DNA of 64,000 bases from Eledone cirrhosa (GCA_964016885.1 OZ024743.1:144212001-144276000), one strand, 5' to 3'. Shown: positions 27,401-38,553, numbered from the stretch's first letter. A program made the numbers and translations. Notes: generated from the sequence alone by a model not told the origin.

Positions 27401-28430
27401 GTAATGCCGTTAACTAGCGATGATGGTATCTTTTCTGCCCCTTAACCATTTCATTGTAAAGTTGGGCTAACTGCTCATGAGACTTTGTGAAGGCATTTAT
27501 AAAAAAATTTGTTATTTTGTCTTTCCATTTGTTGGATTTTCTAAGAGCTAAACGCAGATGTTCAACTGTTATATTTTCCCATGTTTGTTCCTCAAGGTTA
27601 GCTGTATCTTTCATTTGTCTGTCTATCCATGGGGCATGTATATTATGAACTTTTTCTTCGGCCCTGATCTTTTCCCAGAATTCTTGCACTTCCTCCTTGG
27701 GTGGTATTGATTTAGCAGTTATTGTTGACTTACCAATTTTTCTGTAGAAGTTTTTTTGATTGTTTTTGAACATATTATTGTCCTTTAGATATTAGAATCT
27801 AGAGCGTTTTTCAAAGTGCCTTATATGAGCTGCTTTGGCCAACACTTTTTGCTTGCTTGTTTCTATCAGCATGTCTATGTCACTTGTTGATTTTATATTG
27901 TATTATTATTATTAGCTTATTGCGTTTTGGGGTGTATTTGGGTGTAGTTTGGAGTGTATATATATATATATGCCTAAGGCTGGTTTGTGGACTATGCCAG
28001 TTGTAAAATAGTGATATTTTGTGTGTCCAAGTTAGTATTCTTCCATGCTGAGAGGTGGAATCTCATATGAGGGCATCCTCTGAAAAATTCATTTATATAT
28101 ATGCATATATATATATATATCGATATTTGATCGACTTTCGTCAAATCGGACCGAAGAAACAATGTTTCTGTTGGTCTTTCCAATTGCTAATACTATCTAT
28201 CGGTCACAACTCCAGGTAGAAGGAACAATATGAAATAAAGTGTCTTGCTGAAGGACGCAACACATCGCCCAGGAATCGAACTCACAACCTCACGATTGCG
28301 AATCCAATTCTCTAACCACTCAGCCACGTGCCTATATATATATATATATGTATGTGGTTGATGGCTGATGACCCTATAATAAACATGCGAAACTCCAGAG
28401 TAACAAAGTCACTATTTAACCTTAATAAAA

Positions 28431-28465
<35 letters not shown>

Positions 28466-28863
28466 GTTTGTATATGTATAGTAAACCCAAAACAATGCAG
28501 GTATGGACATAGAATAAAGAATGCAAATACAAAAGATATTGTTGACAATTAGTCTTTTACCTTAGATTTATTTAAATGTCCTTAATTTTCGAGATAATAT
28601 CTCTTCTTCAGAGGGAGGTAAAGCTGTCAAACCAGTGTTCTAAATAGCTTGGCAAGCTATTTAGAACACTGGTTTAGAGCTTTATTTCCCTCTGAAGAAG
28701 AGATATTATCTCGAAAATTAAGGACATTTAAATAAATCTAAGGTAAAAGACTAATTGTCAACAATATCTTTTGCATTTGCATTCTTTATTCTATGTCCAT
28801 ACCTGCATTGTTTTGGCTTTACTATACATATACAAACGTTTATACCTCATTACACAATGCCTC

Positions 28864-28951
<88 letters not shown>

Positions 28952-30119
28952 GTGTGTGTGTGTGTGTGTGCTTGTCTGTGTGTGTGTGAGTGTGTCTGTG
29001 TGTGGTATGTGTGTGTATGTACGTATATAACTGGCAGACACGTGTATTGATTCCCTTGTACAACAAAAATACCAAATGTATTACCACATTATTGCCTCCC
29101 TTATATCTAACGAAAGCTCATCTTGCTCCTACCAGAAGATAACTAAACTAGCAGGCATAGAATGTCTATGTCCTCTGTTGGTTGAAATATGAAACCTTAG
29201 GTAGCATGCTTTTGTGTTAAGAACTTATTCATATATATATATATATATATATATCATCATCATCATCACCGTTTTACGTCCGTTCTTCCACTCTAGCATG
29301 GGTTAGACGGGTTGTCCTGTTGTGGGCAGTGTCCGGTCAGCTGGCCTTGTCTTACTCATGTATTTTTCTTTACAGTTACCTCTCTTTACACTATCTAAAA
29401 GTTTTGTTTATTTATGGCTAATTTCGAAATTACCACCCTTCAAGAACTCTCGCATATTTTTCTAAATCAACTCATGAAGGTAGTCATTTTCTTTTTGTAT
29501 AACAGGTTGAATGAGTTAGGATGTATAACCCAACGAAACTGAAATACCTGTATATGTCACTGTTGCAACTAATTATACTTATCTTGTCCTATTGTCCTAT
29601 GGACTGAGCGTTCTTACCCTTGGATGTTTGTACCAAACTTATACTGCAGTATATATATATATGTATATATCATGGAATGAATTTGAACACATAACACATA
29701 ACAAGTATATGGACAATAACCATGAAAATATGAAAATAAAAAGCACTCCCGCAAATGCACACTACAACAGAGAATGCTGATGCTTCCTTCTGAAATATTA
29801 CAGAATTACAGAATTACAAAATTAGAATCAATACTTACACAAAAAGAGCAAAAGAGAGCACCTCCAGCAAGTGCAGCAAGCATATGATGGTTTTTTAGGT
29901 AGTCTAGACACACACTGGCCATAACAGTACAACTGAGGCTGAGGAATGTCTGCAGGATACCAAGTCTCATTAATTTACTACATAGTAGGTCCATTCTTCT
30001 GAAGGAACCTTTCTGTAAACACTTCTTATTGGAAGGAATCACAATGTTACTGTAATATATATATATATAGAGAGAGAGAGATATTTATATATATATACAC
30101 ATATATACACATATATATA

Positions 30120-30213
<94 letters not shown>

Positions 30214-30240
30214 CATATATACATATATATATATGTGTGC

Positions 30241-30300
<60 letters not shown>

Positions 30301-33300
30301 ATGGATTATCTGGAAACTCAGAGAAAATTATTCTTAAAAATGTACATATATGTTAGAAAATATACATCTCATTTCTATGCTGTCAGAAATTTATTATAAA
30401 CATATAAGTCTTATATGTTTATATAAATTTCTTTCACATATATATAGAGAGAGAATATTAAAAAAGGATAAAGAGTAATAGTAAAAGAAAAATGGATAGG
30501 TAGATTCACATACTGAATCACACACCACAAGGTGGCTGGAATTTCTTTCGAATACTCATGGATCAGTATATTTAAAATGATGGCAGTTTTATCCATTATA
30601 GAGAAAAATTATTTTCTTAATTTTGAAAATCATGAAACCACTGTATACATGTATTTCATGTTTTTTTTTATGTGTGTATGTGTATGTATGTGTGTGTATG
30701 TGTGTATGTGTGTATGTATGTGTGTGTATATGTGTGTGTGTGTTCTGTACATGTATGTGTATATGCATAGGTTTTCATGAAGAAAGTGTAGAAATTTCCA
30801 GAATGGAAGAGTTTGATAAGTATCTTTAGGCACAAAATTCCAGGCCTTTGAGCCACTCATATAGCTTTAGAACTTAAACTAGAATATATATATATATTTA
30901 TATATGTATATATAATCATCATCTTTTTCCAGTCCAAGTCAATGCAAGTCCCATAACCATGACTTGTTCATACATTCTAAATTTAGTGGTAAGGGTGTTG
31001 GACTTACGATCATAATGTCGTGCGTTCGATTCCTGGGCTGGGCTGTGTGTTGTGTTCTTGAGCAAAATACTTCATTTTACGTTGTTCCAGTATACTCAGC
31101 TGAAAATGAGTACCAGCAATAGCTGGGGGTTTAACCCTATGATAGAGTGGTGTCCTGTCCAGGGGAACGTCTTGTACCCTCAGTCGCTTTACGCCATGAA
31201 ACCGGGATAAGCACCTGCCTAATGAGCCTTAAATGGCTTAAAACAGAATTTAGACTTTTAGACTTTATGTCTGGGTGCCCTTCTGAACAACAACCACTTT
31301 ACAGAATCTACTGGATGCATTTTAATGTGTCACCTGCACTAGATAGGTTGTTATATGCTCAACCAGATGGAAGAGTCTTTCCTCTCTCTCTCTATGTATG
31401 TGTGTATGTCTGTGTGTCAAATTAAATATTAAATTCTTTTCTTACTTTTGAAATATTTTAGAAATATCTAAAACACCTGACATAAATTGTTAGTCCTGTG
31501 ATGCCTTTCACTTTGACCAGGTACAAATCTCTTACTGCAACTCATTCTCAGCTTTATTCTCTCACTCTCACTCATTTTTATTTTTGTTCTCTTATTGTCA
31601 CTCACGCTCTCTGGCGTTTAATAGACTCCCACTTCCACAGTACCTCAATTGTATGACTGCAAATAAAACATGTTACAAATTCTTATATGTGAATGTTTAC
31701 AATCTTAATATTTCCTATGAAAACGTAAATACACTTGAACATCTAGTACATTCTGAGATCTGTTTAATGGACAACATTTATTTTGCTGGGTGAAAAGCAA
31801 AAAGTAAGGCTGTTGTTGTCTAGCCTCAATTGGGTAGATGTATGATCAAAAGCATTCCAGCCATGCCCATCTTATTAAAATCTTTTTCAGATTTCAAGTA
31901 TCTACTATATTATTCAAACTAATTCAAAATATCATCTGAGTTAATCCTTTAATTACAGTATTTCTAATAAAAGATACTGCCTATGATTTTGAAATAATTT
32001 TGAAAATATTCAAGAATTTGAAAGGATTTAAATTAGTGTTTGGAGCATAACTTAACAAAGGTTCTGATATAAAAAATATGATGGAAGGCTTTTACATAAA
32101 TATCAACACTTTAAAATAAACAGCCTTGTATTGTAGAATCTGGGGTCGATTCAGGCTGTTTGAGATCAAAGGGGTTAAGATAATAGGGTGTGATTAAGGA
32201 CATTTAACCACTATATTAGTGTACCATGTTTGGTAAAATTAGCAGGTAGTATTAGCTGGTGAGAAATGCTACTAAACATTTGTGCTAATGAACCTCAGTT
32301 ATGGGATAGACGTCATATATATAAACATTTGACCCACAATCATGTGCTAAATACCACATCATCATCATCATCATTATCACCATCACCATTTTACGTCCGT
32401 TCTTCCACGTTAGTATGGGTTGTCCTGTTGTGGGCAGTGTCCGGTCGGCTGACCTTGTCTTGCTCTTACAGGAACTGATTTGGCTTGATTTCTACAGGTG
32501 GATGCCCTTCCTAACACCAACCTCATTTACAGTGAGTGCTGGGTGCTTTTTTTCTGTGGCGCCTACATGTCCACTTTACAGTGTGGGCTGGGTGTTTTAT
32601 TTGCTGTGGCACCTCCACGACCACTTTGCAGTGGAATGATAGGGACCCCAGTCCTATCATCTCATTTCTACAGCTGAGTAAACTGGAGCAATGTGAAATA
32701 AAGTGTCTTGCTCAAGGAAACAACACATCACCCGGTCCGAGAATTGAACTTAATTTGTTGCCTGTTTACCACCATCATCTGGACTTTTGGCACCTTTAGT
32801 AGAATCCAGTCTATCACAAGCATACAAGACAGGTCTCTGGTTTAAGGAGACTATCCTCCCTTCATCCCTTCCATCATTCTCAAAGGTCCTGAAATAGGTC
32901 GTATGTATTGCCCTTTTTCTTGATTAACCTTATTGATGCCAATCTGTCTGAAAACATCCCTGGTTCATATATAAAAACACATAACCCATGTTCACATCCT
33001 AAACACTACACATGTAAACATATGACCCATAACCATGTTGTAAACACCACATGTAAACATATGACCCACAACTTTTTAGGCCAACATTTTATGCACTTTG
33101 CCATGTTTGAAATATAACAATTCTCAAATAAAAATAACATTTTTTCTTATCACTTAACCCATTTGTTACCATATTTCTAATGAAAGACACTGCTTATGAT
33201 TTTCAACAAATTTTAAAAATAATCAAGAATTTAAAGGAATTTAGTAATATAACTAAAATTCTTATTATTAAATGGATGTTTGAAACATTACATAAAATTA

Positions 33301-34943
33301 GGAGTGAAGATTTAAATTTAAACACAAACACTTTAAAATAAAGTTTCTCATCATAAAACCAGGGATGTTTTCAGACAGATTGGCATCAATAAGGTTAATC
33401 AAGAAAAGGGGCAATACATACGACCTATTTCAGGACCTTTGAGAGTGATGGAAGGGATGAAGTGATGATAGTCTCCTTAAACCAAAGACCTGTCTTGTAT
33501 GCTTGTGATAGACTGGATTCTACTAAAGGTGTCAAAAGTTCAGATGATGGTGGTAAACAGGCAACAAATTAAGTCTATAACTATGTTATTAATTGCAGAT
33601 ATAAATGAAGATCTGGTGGAAATTAATTGCATAGGTGACTCAAAAGATCTAGTCTTTCACTGCAACACAGCTAATAATTCTAATAAATCATCTTCAGCGT
33701 TACTTCCACTTCATTGCTTAAACTTATCACCTTAACCCTTTAGCATTTAAACCGGCTGTATCTGGCCAGAATTCTCTCACCTCTTTCTGTTCAAACTGGC
33801 TGTAATCAGCTGCTCATACATATGTTAAGGTATTGTTCTCAAAATAAATAATATCAAAATCTCATAGATTCAATATTATGTAAGATAATTATGTGAAGTA
33901 AAGACTTTATCACAATAATACAATAGTGTATCAAGAGTATTGTAAATGCTAAAGGTTAAAATATTGTTTCCACTCCCATAGATCAGATCCTACACTAACC
34001 ACTACACCCAGTCCTTCTTCCCAAGAATTTCCTCCCTACATATGTTTTTCCTACAGCTGTTGACTTGCATTTGTTCAACAGGAATATTAACAACATCCAT
34101 CTCTCCAGTCATGGGGGTGGGGGAGCTACAAAGGCCATAGACAGCCTCTTCTACCAGATAAAACCAATAAAAAAGATTAATCTAATGGAGATATAACTAT
34201 AGATTTTGAATTAGAAGCCTTTGTTGTGAAAAGAATGAAGTGTAAACACTTTCCAAGAGCTTCGGACAACATGCTTCGCGGCATAGAGTTACACCCCTTT
34301 ACATTCTGAGTTCAAATCCTGCCAAGGTTAGCTTTGCCTTTCATCCTTACAGAATCAATAAAATAAAGTACCAGTAATGCACTGGGCCAATTTAATCGAC
34401 TTTCCCCCTTCCCCAAAATTAATCTTGTGCTTAAATAAGAAACCATTATTTCTATATACACAGAAAAATATAACGTTGCTTTTTTGCATTTTGGAGATTG
34501 CTGTCATTTCAACATAATATAACTACCCCTATAATTCTATATACAGAAGAATCTTGCTATAACAACACTATGGTGAATTGGCAGTATCGGTAGTGGGTCG
34601 GACGCCATACTTTCCAGCATAGTTATGGTCTGAGTTCAAATCCCGTTGAGGTTAACTTTTCCTTTCATCCTTACGGGGTCGATAAAATAAAGTACCAGTA
34701 ATGTACTGGGTAATTGCTGGCCTTGTGCCAAAAGTAGAAACAATTATATATGTCTAATGTGCATGACTTGTATATGTTTGGCAATATAGTTGATTAAATG
34801 ATAAATATTTATGCTAGAACATTGCATAAATTAGAATACTTAGGGTAAAATTAATGTAGATATAATTACAGTTTTACTCACTTTCTCTCTGTCTTGAAAA
34901 AATTACTGGAGATGTTCTTGGATGATAGGGTAACAGACAACAT
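8260..34943 (-). CDS. Spliced gene for a 222-aa four-transmembrane protein (CD20/MS4A-like); CDS join(34882-34943,29839-29998,24355-24420,23090-23176,9044-9166,8260-8430)
   Basis: Six exons, each with an AG acceptor and (except the last) a GT donor; intron phases 2,0,0,0,0 all agree; total 669 nt. Protein: [222 protein letters not shown]. Four hydrophobic segments; family call is inference from topology and the LGxxQ motif in TM1. Confidence 0.85.
9044..9166 (-). CDS. 4TM gene coding exon 5 (TM4)
   Basis: aattttccag acceptor, GTG|gtaaat donor, 123 nt, [41 protein letters not shown]. Confidence 0.85.
11189..11563 (-). mobile_element. Two tandem family-A SINEs
   Basis: Same sequence as 331-723. 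Confidence 0.85.
11690..12285. repeat. 32-bp minisatellite (actggtatttccattactgatactatgtttcc)n interrupted by a SINE
   Basis: Units read directly on both sides of the SINE. Confidence 0.9.
11867..12052 (+). mobile_element. Full-length family-A SINE with 17-bp TSD
   Basis: agtatttccattactga at 11850-11866 and 12053-12069. Confidence 0.9.
12600..13090. repeat. ~40-43-bp minisatellite (gagagtagagcttatctcagtttcatgtggtgttaagtgact)n
   Basis: About a dozen diverged units; continues into a reverse-strand tRNA-SINE remnant at ~13270-13475. Confidence 0.85.
13091..13259. mobile_element. hAT-type MITE
   Basis: TIRs CAGTGCCGGATTTA / TAAATTCAGCACTG; imperfect 8-bp TSD ggtgtaag / aatgtaag. Confidence 0.7.
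14070..14600 (-). repeat. Old RTE-related 3' UTR with expanded ~45-bp internal tandem repeat
   Basis: (CAT)n tail, ttctacagctggatgc motif, then repeated actttacagagtgtactgggtgcattttattgtggcacc units. Confidence 0.65.
15137..15527 (-). mobile_element. Two tandem family-A SINEs
   Basis: Same sequence as 331-723. Confidence 0.85.
15547..17122 (+). mobile_element. Non-autonomous Helitron containing a nested SINE (15832-16022, +) and a minisatellite
   Basis: A|TCTCCTTATAATATATAA start with (TCTG)n; 3' hairpin TAGCAGAAAACCGCCC-acc-GGGTGGTTTTCTGCTAG. Confidence 0.7.
16140..16600. repeat. ~50-bp minisatellite with variable (TA)n core: cagaaatatatatacatttctgtgtgtgtaa(ta)n-cacac
   Basis: About nine units, each a small inverted repeat. 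Confidence 0.9.
17123..18048 (+). mobile_element. Second non-autonomous Helitron directly abutting the first
   Basis: TCTATATATATAAAACTGAGGATGTCTGTCTGTG start, internal duplication of the 5' part at ~17419, GCAACGCCGGGTACCACTGCTAG|T end. Confidence 0.75.
20632..20816 (+). mobile_element. Family-A SINE (diverged relatives at ~21036-21440)
   Basis: A/B boxes and conserved core. Confidence 0.8.
22168..22357. repeat. Compound trinucleotide microsatellite (TTG)n(CTG)n(TTG)n(TTC)n
   Basis: Read directly; the (TTC)n part is the tail of the adjacent LINE. Confidence 0.95.
22358..23035 (-). pseudogene. Degraded RTE LINE 3' fragment of a second family (further pieces at ~23790-24130)
   Basis: [19 protein letters not shown]...[17 protein letters not shown]; (GAA)n tail. 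Confidence 0.75.
23090..23176 (-). CDS. 4TM gene coding exon 4 (TM3)
   Basis: tttttcttgtttcag acceptor, TTG|gtaagc donor, 87 nt, [29 protein letters not shown]. Confidence 0.85.
24355..24420 (-). CDS. 4TM gene coding exon 3
   Basis: tttgttttag acceptor, ACA|gtaagt donor, 66 nt, [22 protein letters not shown]. Confidence 0.85.
25205..27900 (-). mobile_element. 5'-truncated R4/Dong-like LINE (RT, CCHC finger, restriction-like endonuclease), frameshifted
   Basis: [53 protein letters not shown]; (TAA)n-like tracts at both ends, the known target type of Dong elements. Confidence 0.9.
28459..28843. repeat. ~385-bp near-perfect palindrome between (TA)n tracts with a hammerhead-like motif in each arm
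   Basis: Centre agcttg-g-caagct at 28652; arms ~190 bp with a few mismatches. Confidence 0.95.
28687..28724 (+). ncRNA. Minimal type I hammerhead ribozyme motif (mirror copy on the minus strand at ~28577-28615)
   Basis: CCU-CUGAAGA-A-GAGAU(AUU)AUCUC-GAAA-AUUA-AGG; palindromic AAUU in place of stem III, as in dimeric PLE hammerheads. Confidence 0.6.
29839..29998 (-). CDS. 4TM gene coding exon 2 (TM1 and start of TM2)
   Basis: ccttcag acceptor, TGT|gtaagt donor, 160 nt, [23 protein letters not shown]...GGALFCSFC. Confidence 0.85.
30975..31250 (+). mobile_element. tRNA-derived SINE (family B-related)
   Basis: TTTAGTGGTAAG A-box, GTTCGATTCC B-box, CTTGAGCAAAATACTT core. Confidence 0.7.
31941..32178. 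mobile_element. TTAA-flanked MITE (piggyBac-like); relatives at ~6230-6437, ~14948-15130, 33154-33397, ~52900-53012, ~55545-55930
   Basis: TTAA(T/C)CCTTT...AAAGGGGTTAA ends and shared body (tttctaataaaagacactgcc...aataatcaagaattt). Confidence 0.65.
32357..32748 (-). mobile_element. Family-B SINE with RTE-type 3' tail, 5'-truncated
   Basis: Reverse complement of 41180-41460. Confidence 0.8.
32747..33573. repeat. ~220-bp inverted duplication (32747-32967 vs 33357-33573)
   Basis: Arms read as reverse complements with few mismatches; ~390-bp spacer. Confidence 0.9.
33732..33959. mobile_element. TTAA-flanked MITE, second family (another copy at ~45840-46025)
   Basis: TTAA-CCCTTTAGCATTTA ... TAAATGCTAAAGG-TTAA. 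Confidence 0.75.
34260..34745 (+). mobile_element. Two family-A SINE copies (~34260-34450 and 34571-34745)
   Basis: B-box and conserved core. Confidence 0.8.
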
Positions 34944-34968
34944 AGTCACTGTGTTTTGTATACATTAC
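34882..34968 (-). CDS. First coding exon of the 4TM gene (ATG at 34943)
   Basis: ttttttag acceptor at 34969-34970, donor AAA|gtgagt; in-frame TAA upstream of the ATG; ends in phase 2, matching the next exon (AA|A AGA ATG). Confidence 0.7.
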
Positions 34969-35122
34969 CTAAAAAAATATATTAGTTTTTGTTTAGCCCC
35001 AGGTCGGCTATGATTCAGCAGACTTACAATCAAAGACATTTCAACAGATGCCAGCATGGAAAGTGGGTGCAAAAAACACATTAATATATACACATGAAGA
35101 TGGGAAAGATATGTAGTGATAT

Positions 35123-35202
<80 letters not shown>

Positions 35203-35286
35203 AGTAATAATAATACATTTGAAGACTAAAATCCAAAGAGGGCTCGATAAGGATAAATATATATCAAATATATAAGAAACATAAAG

Positions 35287-35322
<36 letters not shown>

Positions 35323-35325
<3 letters not shown>

Positions 35326-37602
35326 TCATCATCATCATCATCAACGTTTAACGTCCGTGTTCCACGCTTGCATGGGTTTGGACGGGGGTAGTCCCACTTG
35401 AGGCAAGAGTGATTGTCTTGCTCATATAGGACTGTCTGGCAGGTTTTCTACAGTTGGATGCCCTTCCTAACACCAACCACATTTACAGTGTGGGTCTGGG
35501 AGGTTTTTACCGTGTTGCCTACATGGCCACATTACAGCGTGGACTGTGTTTTTTTGTCGTGACACCTACACGATCTCATTTGTTTCGGCCTGGATGGCGC
35601 GGCACCAACATAACTTTACATAGAATGGGGTGGTGTGGATGAGGTGGGGGTGGTGGTGGTGGGACGGGGTGTATTTTGTTAGAGATGCCTACTGGCTGTA
35701 GTAGGTTTTACTATGTATTTAGGTAAGGCGGGTCTTCTCTGTTACTGAGTACCGCCAAAGGTCTCGGTCCAGTGACATTGTCTTGGAGAGGTGTAAGTGT
35801 GTGAGGTCGGAGTTTATCAGCTTGTCCCAGGTTTTTCTAGGTCTGCCTATTCCGTGGCTACCGTCTATCTTTATTGCCCTGCACTTTGTTATACAGCTAT
35901 CGTCTTTCATGCGCATCACGTGTCCATACCAACGTAGCCTTCTCTCGAGTAAACAACATCTGATCCCTCTTATTTCTAATTTTTTTCTTAGTTCGTTTAT
36001 GCTTTGCCGTTCACGTATATTACTGTTACACATCCAGCGGAGCATGCAAGCTTCGTTCCTCTCTAGTCTGCGTATATCCTCTGCACACAATGCCCAGGTC
36101 TCACTGCCATGCAACATTGCTGTTCGTATGCAGGCATCGTACAACCTGCCTTTCATTTTTAGGGAGAACCCTTTAGCAGCTAATAGTGGTATAAGCTCTC
36201 TGAACTTTTTCCAACCAGTTCTGACTCTAGCTACTGTACTTTCAGAGCACCCTCCCCGACTGCTGATTTTATTGCCCAGGTAACGGAAGCTGTCCACTAT
36301 TTCTATAGAACCCTCTGCACAATTGAAAGAGCTAGTATTTTGTGGGCACTTGCTGCTACTTATTGCACCAGAGCACCGGCCACATGTAAAATCTATGTTC
36401 TTAGTTAGCTTACCTGTGATCCCACTACATCTTTTATGCACCCATACTTTGCATTTAGGACATAAAATGGAGTTTCTACCTACGCCTTTCCTACACACCG
36501 AGCACGACCATTTCCCAGAAGGGACCGCCGCCTTGTTTTCTTTCCTACAAACTAGAACTTTAGTCTTAGCGAGGTTAATTTTAAGTCCTTTTGATTCTAG
36601 GCCGTGCTTCCATGTTTGGAATTTCTTCTCTAGCTCGGCCATTGATTCCGCTATGAGTGTCAGGTCGTCTGCGTATAGGAGTTCCCATGGGCAGCCGGTC
36701 TTGAACTCCTCTGTTATAGCCTGAAGGGCAATAATAAATAGTAGGGGGCTGAGAACAGAGCCCTGATGGACGCCAACTTTTACGCGAAACTCTTCACTAT
36801 ATTCGTTGTTAATTCTAACCTTGCTGACTGTTTCTTTATACATGGCTTGTATAGCCCTCACAAGCCATTCGTCAACGCCTAGTTTTCTAAGAGCCCACCA
36901 GATAATGGAGCGGGGGACTCTGTCGAAGGCTTTCTCCAAGTCGACAAAAGCTAAGTAGAGGGGTTTACCTTTAGCTAGGTACTTCTCCTGTAGTTGTCGT
37001 ACAATGAAAAGAGCGTCTGTGGTACTTTTGCCTGACACAAACCCGAACTGCATTTCATCTAGGTCAATTCTCTCTCTGATTAGTTGCGCTATTACTTTTT
37101 CCGTGACCTTCATGACCTGGTCGATTAATTTAATGCCTCTATAGTTACTCCTATCTAGGGCTTCTCCTTTACCCTTATAACAGTTAACGATGATGCTGGT
37201 ATGCCAGTCCTTCGGAACAACCCCATTCTGTACGACTTGGTTAACTATGCGGGTGACCATGGTGTGTCCCACCGTGCCAGATGCCTTCAGCATCTCAGCA
37301 ACTATTTCCGAAGGCCAAAGCCGCCTTACCCGTCTTCATATCCTTGATTGTCTTACTTATTATACTCCCCTCGACTAACACTGCTGGTCCCTCTATTGGG
37401 TCGATATGGGGGAGACTGTCTTTCTCCCATTTATTCTCCTCATTTAGTAGCCTTTCATAGTGACACTTCCAAGCTACCTTCTTATCAGTGTCGGTGATGG
37501 CAAGTGTGCCATCATCGTTAAGTACACACTTCTCCCCGACAATATCACGGTTTTCCTTGACGCATTGCCTAGCAATCCTGAACACCTCACGTTTTTGGTC
37601 AT
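35323..37602 (-). mobile_element. Young 5'-truncated RTE-clade LINE: RT with PHD-like finger, 3' UTR and (GAT)n tail
   Basis: 524-aa ORF 35719-37293 with NYRGIKL, QFGF, FVDLEKAFD, GVHQGSVLSPLLF, LLYADDL, RRLRWYGHV, GRPRKTW; one frameshift near 37300. Confidence 0.95.
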
Positions 37603-38519
37603 ACATATATATTTAAGTAAACGAGGTATCGTTTAAGGTAATTCAAGTAGAGGTTATGAATAATCTGTACCGTGGATGATTCTAACGTTTGGTGTTGTTT
37701 GACTCGACAAGATGATTACTTAGTTGTGGTGTTTTGGTGGCCGATTCCAGACAGTTCCTAGGTAAGCAGTTCCTGGAGTATTAATAATAAAGGAGTGAAG
37801 AATAACATGAATCAGCTATACAGTAGGGTTTATTCCAAGTATTAACAAATGTTTCACTGGTCCAGTGTGTCTAAAAATTGCTATCCGCAGTGTTATCATG
37901 ACAATCGATTTTAAGTACTGTTAACACCAACCAAATTGTCATTTATACTGATAAAATGTGTAAAAGACACTCCAAAAAAGATTAAGAGGGCTCTTTAGTT
38001 TTGTCAAGAGCACAACAACCTCCCTATTGTTAGTTACCTACATAATAAATACTATCAATACATTATTTAAAGTGATTGGTGATAGGAAGGGCATCCAACT
38101 GTAGGAAACCTGCCAAGTCTACCAAAGAGTCAGAAGGATTCTTCAATTGTGTCAACACCATGATAATCCCCCCCTAGTTTTGGTGATCTACATGATAAAC
38201 ACACCCAGTACATCCTGCAAAGTGGTTGGTGATACGAAGGGCATCCAACTGTAGGAAACCTGCCAAACAAAAGATCAGGTGGATTCTTCAGCCGTGTCAA
38301 AGACATAACTTCCCTAGTGCTGAAGCCATGATAAAATGTTCTCAGCAGAGCATGGAAATGCCTGTAAATGACATGCAAGCTCCCAGCCCATGCAGGGCCT
38401 ATGGATTATCGGTGAGGTCAGTAGCTCTATTTAAATACCGACTCAATCAGCGATGACCTGTTCACCCTTTTCTAACAGGAAAAACAGACATTAAGTAATG
38501 CTGTTGCTGCTAATGATGA

Positions 38520-38553
<34 letters not shown>

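Noticed and set aside
35783-36724. Plus-strand ORFs of 166 and 133 aa
   Set aside because: Antisense shadows of the RTE ORF.
37840-37880. Further hammerhead candidate on the minus strand (CACTGG-A-CCAGTG-AAACAUUUGUU), and a similar one at ~40780-40840
   Set aside because: The CUGANGA box is missing, so too decayed to call.
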